In this document: in pieces, positions 39,861-64,000 of the stretch | Layout of the letters: the number at the start of each line of letters is the position of its first letter | How positions within the stretch are numbered: the stretch's first letter is position 1 | Assembly: GCF_009914755.1 (NCBI RefSeq) | Contig: NC_060928.1 | DNA from: the human T2T-CHM13v2.0 reference genome, Homo sapiens | Reading direction: 5' to 3' (one strand) | Length of the DNA stretch: 64,000 nucleotides | The notes under the pieces: model-generated | Told to the model about the DNA's origin: nothing | Database searches by the model: none | Seen by the model: the letters and a program-made list of their open reading frames with translations, nothing else | Position numbers and translations under genes: made by a program

Positions 39861-40318
39861 TAAGAATTTTTTTGTTCAAAAAGATGAATACATTATTTAT
39901 GTTCATTAAAATTATAATATCAACACTATGTTATTTGAAATTAGGAGTAACAAGGCAGGCCTAAATTATTGAAAAGGCTGAATTAGAAGATATTTTAATT
40001 CTTCAAAGAACATAAGGAGTATATGTACAAGGATATTCATTGAAGCATTGTTTATAGTTGCAAAAAACAGATAATGCCTAAATGTTCAACAATAGGCGAT
40101 TAATTATCCATACTGTGGATACCATTAGTAACATGGAAATATGGTCACAATGTGTGAAAGTTTAAGAAGATAATACAAATGATTTTTTAGTTCCATTTTT
40201 GTAAACACACAAGTATGCACAAACAATCACAGAGAAGTTTCCAAAGGATATATATGAATATACAAACTCTGCTTATCTCTGAGTGGAGAGATTTTTGGCT
40301 TTTAAATTTTTAGTTTTA

Positions 40319-45335
<5,017 letters not shown>

Positions 45336-46282
45336 TAACAAAAACAGCTATCCTTTTCAGCATTACTTCAGGCATTACTTTTATGCCATATTCCAAATTG
45401 AACCAAAGAAATAAGATATTACTTAAAATAACAAAATGTAGATAATTCCTGTTCTGATTTCATGCTTACTACTGATCTAGTTTTTATTTTTAAAAGAATA
45501 GTGGTTTATTAGAGAGTAGAAAGATCAATATTTCTAAATTAATAGACTCGTGATTTTAAATATGTATGTTAAACTTTAAAATTAAATTTTACAACATTTT
45601 AAATATATATCAAAATAAACATAAGCAGGAAAAATAATACTTTAATTTTCACTGCTACTTTATTTTGATGGTTTTAACAGCAGTAAATTAAATATATTTA
45701 TGTGTGATTTTAAATATAAGTATGTAACTAAGTAAATTCAATATTATAAGCAGGGAAAATAATACTTTAATATTATACTCTGCTTTTTTCTAATGATTAC
45801 AACAATAGTTTTTGCCAATATTTTAAAAATCATTCTTACTGTCTTTAAATGGCATAAATGGCATTCAGTAGTTCTCTACTCATTCTAAAAAGGAAAAAAA
45901 ATTGTATAAAAATTTTCCTTGGCTATAAAAAATTCTTTGTAGGTACTGGTAATTCCCTGTGTCTAACATAAGGAAGAGCCATGGGCCATGACTCAGCCAC
46001 TCAGCTCCCTGCCCTTGGGCAATTTATTTAACTGTATGGTACTTAACGGCTTCCCACTTCTGAATTAGGGCTTGCTGGAAAGATACAGGCAGGAATAAAG
46101 AAATTAAAGTTGAAAGGAGTGTGGATGAGTAGAGGAAAAGGAGTAGACAGCTACATATTCATTTACATGTGCTGGAAAACCAGTATTTAGCTAAAATCTT
46201 TTATAAAACTAATGTGATATGACCTGAGCAGAGCCAAAATTTAACTGTTCAGATACATAGTATTCACTCACCTTTTCACTTT

Positions 46283-47315
46283 TATCGGGGGAACCAGCCC
46301 CCAATATTTCAACATACATTCTATTTTCCCTAAGTGTCAGCTGGTCTGAGAAATAAAGAGAAAGAGTACAAACAGAGAAATTTTACAGCTGGGCCTCCAG
46401 GGGTGTCATCACATATTGGTAGGACCATGATGGCGACCCCGAGCCGCAAAATCAGCAAGTTTTTATTAGGGATTTTAAAAAGGGGAGGGGGTGTACGAAC
46501 AGGGAGTAGGTCACAAGGATCACATGCTTCAAAGGGCAGTAAAGATCACAGGCAAAGGCAAAATTAGAATTACTGATGAGGGTCTATGTCCCGCTGTACA
46601 TGCATTGTCTTGATAAACATCTTAACAGGAAACAGGGTTCGAGAGCAGAGAATGGTCTGACTAGAATTTACCAGGCTGGAATTTCCCAATCCTAGTAAAC
46701 CTGAGGGTACTGCAGGACACCAGGGCATATTTCAGTCCTTATCTCAACTGCATAAGACAGACACTCCCAGAGCAGCTGTCTGTAGACCTACCCCCAGGAA
46801 TGTATTCCTTCCCCAGGGTTATTCCTTCCTGGGAAAAGAATTCAGCGATATTTCTCCTACTCGCTTTCTGCAAGAGGAGAAATATGGCTCTATTCTGCCC
46901 GACCCTGCAGGCAGTCAGACCTTATGGTTATCTTCCCTTGTTCCCTGAAAATCGCTGTTGTTCTGTTCTTTTTCAGGGTGCACTGATTTCATATTGTGCA
47001 AACACACATTTTACAATCCATTTGTACAACAGTGGTCCTGAGGTGACATACATTCTCAGCTTACGAAGATAACGTGATTAAGAGATTAAAGTAAAGACAG
47101 GCATAAGAAATTATAAGAGTATTGATTGGAGAAGTGATAAACGTCCATGAAATATTCACAATTTATGTTCAGAGATTGCAGTAAAGGCAGGTGTAAGAAA
47201 TTATAAAAGTATTAATTTTGGGAACTGATAAATGTCCATGAAATCTTCACAATTTATGTTCTTCGCCTTGGCTCCAGCCGGTCCCTCCATTCAGGGTCCC
47301 TGACTTCCCGTAACA
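46283..47315 (-). mobile_element. Solo MER11-family LTR (HERV-K11/HML-8), subfamily not resolved
   Basis: Minus strand begins TGTTACGGGAAGTCAGGGACCC with the internal 'cataaattgtgaa...ttcatggac' duplication; 6-bp TSD CACTTT at 46277-46282 and 47316-47321. Confidence 0.88.
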
Positions 47316-47709
47316 CACTTTCTAATTGATTTGCATCTAATACAGATGTACATACACAATCTTACTGTACTCTCTGGAGATCAGGAAATATGATGAAAGA
47401 GTGTTAAAGACTTACATTTCAAAAGACTAGGCAGTCAAAAGGATATTTTTATTTTAAAAAGGAAAAAAAGTAACAACAACAAAAGACTAGGCAGAATCAG
47501 TACAAGGAGTTCTTTGAGGGTGGGGTAGAAGGAATACTGATTTCATATGACTTAAATTAGAGTTTCCTTGAATCTCAGCCCTCTTCAGTCTGCCTCTCTT
47601 CTAGACTCAAAAAGCTATGTATTTGCCTTTTGGAATGTGTAGTTTGAAACTTGTAGAGTACTGCTTTCAGCCTTGTCAAAGGCAACAAGTGATTAAGAAA
47701 AGCAGTGTA

Positions 47710-47723
47710 CCACCTGGCGGCAG
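47710..47723 (+). promoter_or_regulatory. Candidate CTCF site
   Basis: CCACCTGGCGGCAG fits the CTCF core CCASYWGRKGGC(A/G)G with few mismatches, in non-repetitive DNA; motif only. Confidence 0.45.
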
Positions 47724-47799
47724 TAGGCAACTATGTGATTAAAGATGTGTAACCATAGCAGCTGTTGGCTCAGAGAAAAACTTAGTCATTTCTTACTAG

Positions 47800-47915
47800 C
47801 TCTCATCTTCCTCCCTCCTTACTTTCTGTTCCACTTCTTCCTTCTTTATTCTTCCTTCTTCTTCTTTCTTCATCTCCTCCTTCTCCTCCTTCACCTTTTT
47901 CCTCTCCTCCTCCTC
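47800..47915 (+). repeat. Polypyrimidine (CT-rich) low-complexity tract
   Basis: (CTT/CCT)n-like sequence adjoining an antisense AluJ tail. Confidence 0.85.
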
Positions 47916-47916
47916 G

Positions 47917-49364
<1,448 letters not shown>

Positions 49365-49624
49365 TTAGTTCTTACCATAGCTTAAAATGAAAGAGGCTCC
49401 TAGGTGAAGGTGAGTTGCTGATGTGGAAAAAAACAGGATTTTTTACTCTATTTAAAAACAAAACAATGACAACATATTAGCTAAAGCACTCATTTAGATT
49501 GTTTTAAAATTACAAAATAATACATGGTCATTATAAAATGAGTGCAAATAATACAGATTCTGGAGGAATCTTTAGGAAGGCTACCTATCAGGTACTATGC
49601 TCATGACCTGGGTGATGGGATTAT

Positions 49625-51560
49625 TATTCTTTTGAAGGCTGCCTATTTGTATCTTTTTCCTGTTTTTTAGTGAGGTTATTTGGTTTTTGTTAAATTGTTT
49701 AAGTTTATTATAGATTCCGGATATTAGACCTTTATTGAACGCAAGTTTGTGAATATTTTTCTCACATTCTGTAGGTTGTCTCAACCTGTTGATACTTTGT
49801 TTTTTTTCTGTGCAGAAGCTCTTTAGTTTAATTAGGTCCCACTTGTCTCTTTTCTTTATGTTGCAGTTGTTTCTGGGGACTTACTTATAAATTCTTTGCC
49901 AAGTGTATTAGTTTGCACGCTGCTGATAAAGACATACCCAATACTGGGCAAACAAAAGAAAGAGGTTTAATGGACTTAACAGTCCACGTGGCTGGGAAGG
50001 CCCCACAATCATGGCGGAAGGTGAAAGGCACATCTCATATGGTGACAAACAAGAGAAGAGAGCCTGTGCAGGGAAACTCCCCTTTTTAAAACCATCAGAT
50101 CTCATGAGACTTATTCACTATCACACGAACAACATGGGAAAGACCTGCCCCCATGATTCAACTACCTCCCACCAGGTCCCTCCCAAAACACGTGGGAATT
50201 CAAGATGAGATTTGGGTGGGGACACAGCTAAACCATATCACCAAGGCTGAACCCAGAATTTCCTAGGTTTTTCTTCTGGGGTTTTTATTGTTTTAGGTAT
50301 TACATTAAAGCCTTTAATCCATCTTGAGTTAATTTTTGTTTATGGTGAAAGGAATGGGTCCAATTTCAATCTTCTGCATATGGCTAGCCATCTATCCTAA
50401 CACCATTTATTGAATAGGGAGTCCTTTTTCTTTTGTCTGTTATTGTTGACTTTGCCAAAGATCAGGTGGTTATAGGTGTGTGGCTTTATTTCTGCATTCT
50501 CTATGCTATTCCATTGGTCTATGTGTCTGTTTTTATACCAGCATACCAGTACCATGCTGTTTTGGTTACTATAGCCTTGTGGTATATTTTGAAGTTGGGT
50601 AATGTGATGCTTCCAGCTTTGCTTTTTTTGCTTAAGATTGCTTTGGTGATTCATGCTCTTTTTTGGTTCCGTATATGAATTTTAGAATAATTTTTCTAAT
50701 TCTGTCAAAAATGGTTTTGGTAGTTTTATAGGAATAGCATGGAATCTGTGAATTACTTTGGACAGTACAGCCATTTTAACAATATTGATTCTTCCTATAC
50801 ATGAGCATGGAATGTTTTTCCATTTGTTTATGTCATCTCTGATTTCTTTCAGCAGTGTTTTGTAATTCTCATTGTAGAAATCTTTTACCTCCTTGGTAAG
50901 CTGTATTCCTAGGTTTCTGTGTGTGTGGTTGTGTGGCTATTATAAATGAGATTGTGTTCTTGATTTGGCTCTCAGCTTGGATGTTATTGGTGTATAGAAA
51001 TGTTACTGAGTTTTATACATTAATTTTCTATCTTGAAACTTTGCTGAAGTTATTTATTAGTTCTAGGAGGCTTCTGGCAGAGTCTGTGGGGTTTTTGAGG
51101 TATAATATTATATTGTCTGCAAAGAGAGATGGTTGACTTCCTCTGTTTCTATTTGGATGCCTTTTATTTCTTTCTGTTGCCTGATTGTTCTGGTTAGGAT
51201 TTCCAATACTGTGTTGAATAGTAGTAGTGAGAATGGGCATCCTTGTTTTGTTCCAGTTCTCAAGGGGAATGCTTCTAGCTTTTGCCCATTCAGTATGGTG
51301 TTGGCTGTGGGTTTGTCATAGATGGCTCTTATTATTTTGAGGTATCTTCCTTTGATACCTAATTTATTGAAGGTTTTTAACATGAAGTGATGTTGAATTT
51401 TATCGAAAGCCTTTTCTGTATCTATTGAGATGATCATGTGGTTTTTGTAAGTCTGTTTATGTGGTGAATAACATTTATTAATTTGCATATATTGAACCAA
51501 TCTTGCATCCCAGGAATAAAAGCCCACCTGATTGTGGTGAATAACTTGTTGATGTGCTAG
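49625..51560 (-). mobile_element. L1 (L1PB-like) ORF2 fragment, degraded, interrupted by THE1
   Basis: ORF 51108-51593 encodes RT-like [17 protein letters not shown]...[16 protein letters not shown]; ORF 50397-50654 is also ORF2-like; frameshifted. Confidence 0.9.
49904..50240 (-). mobile_element. Solo THE1 (MaLR) LTR inserted into an L1
   Basis: Minus strand begins TGATATGGTTTAGCTGTGTCCCCACCCAAATCTCATC; 5-bp TSD CCAAG at 49899-49903 and 50241-50245. Confidence 0.9.
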
Positions 51561-52031
51561 TGTTGTCCTTATAGCTTCTGATACTTTTTTCATTGAGGTT
51601 CTGTAGATAGTAAATTTTCTGAGTTATTTATATGTAAAGATGCCTTTATTATCCCTCATACTTAGTTAACCCCTTGCCTACTTATGCAATTCTTGGTTCA
51701 AAATAACTTCCTTCAGAATTTAGAAGGTTTTGGTGTGTTCTTTTCTGTCTTCCAGGATTATTGATGAAATGCTTGATACCAACTTGATTCTTCTACCTTT
51801 GTAGGTAACCAGTTATTTCTCTCTAGAAACTTTTGTGGTCTTTTGTATATCCTTAGTGGTTAGATGTTGAGTTTTGTTTTGTTTTGTTTTTTTTTTAATT
51901 CCTTGTGCCTGCCACTCAGAAGACCCTTTCAGTTTGAAAAAAACAGATAAATTTTCATCTATTATTTTTGCAATTTTTTTCTCCTGTTTTGTCTCCATTC
52001 TTTTATGAGAGTCCTGTTAGAAACATGTTGG

Positions 52032-58612
<6,581 letters not shown>

Positions 58613-58937
58613 AATAGTTACTTCTTTTAAGACTTACTCATATATAGTGGTGTCTCTACAAGATAAGAAAATTTCTTTATGTATTTATTAAGTTATGATA
58701 TTGAACAAGGTAAAGAATAGGGACAATAAATTCTGTTTGTGTTGTATTGAATATTTTAATATCCTAACAGAAAGCAGATTTACAATATCTTTGTAGCGTT
58801 TGGACAACTTAATTTAGTTAATTACAATTTGAATGTTAAAATTTCGACTGATCTTTTCTGTCAGATAATTTAAATGTAAAAGTTTTAAGAACTGAAAGTT
58901 TTTATTGAAAGTCCTTTAAAGAGAATTTTATTGATAA

Positions 58938-59069
<132 letters not shown>

Positions 59070-59144
59070 TAATTTGTTAACATATTCTCCTTAACAGAAG
59101 TGGCTACTATATTCTTTTGAGTATGTGTTCTTTTCTTTCCTTAG

Positions 59145-62348
<3,204 letters not shown>

Positions 62349-62469
62349 TAATTAGACACTTTATTCTTACAATGCATAGTATAGAAAATCTGAAGATAAA
62401 CTTTCTCTTTTCAGTCTTTTAAAATGATAAACTCCAAGGCATTTCCATAATCTGTATTGTGTTTGGTTT

Positions 62470-63900
<1,431 letters not shown>

Positions 63901-64000
63901 TGGGGTGGAGGCAAACCGGTATACTATGAAGAATGAAACTTGATAGTTTATAATGAACTTTGTGAAACCTTGTGAAAAATTAAAGGCCAAGCTAAGTAGT

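Noticed and set aside
51108-51593. Reverse-transcriptase-like ORF
   Set aside because: Degraded L1 ORF2 fragment, frameshifted and interrupted by THE1; not a functional gene

Overview
Alu-dense primate (almost certainly human) genomic DNA containing the head-to-head, partly overlapping 5' ends of two genes. MFSD8/CLN7 is on the minus strand, with coding exons at 15114-15175 and 7542-7633 (the rest lies left of the window) and a probable non-coding upstream exon ending at 15939. ABHD18/C4orf29 is on the plus strand, with a non-coding exon ending at 15648 and six coding exons between 32993 and 61738 (the gene continues right of the window). The two genes share a CpG-island promoter (~14230-16040). 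Introns carry roughly 75 Alus, old L1/L2/MIR fragments, DNA-transposon relics and three solo LTRs with intact TSDs (LTR12C, MER11, THE1). Nearly all ORFs in the supplied track are Alu or L1 artefacts. I found no convincingly new gene system. The most notable signals are: (1) ABHD18 splicing with a GC-AG intron and a U12-type intron with rare AT-AA ends before a 28-nt exon; (2) uORFs in both genes, one overlapping the ABHD18 start as TGATG; (3) a sense-oriented LTR12C with a mutated poly(A) signal just inside MFSD8; (4) several templated insertion/duplication scars; (5) candidate recursive splice sites and cryptic exons. Gene and repeat names come from recognition, not a database search; repeat boundaries without TSDs are approximate.
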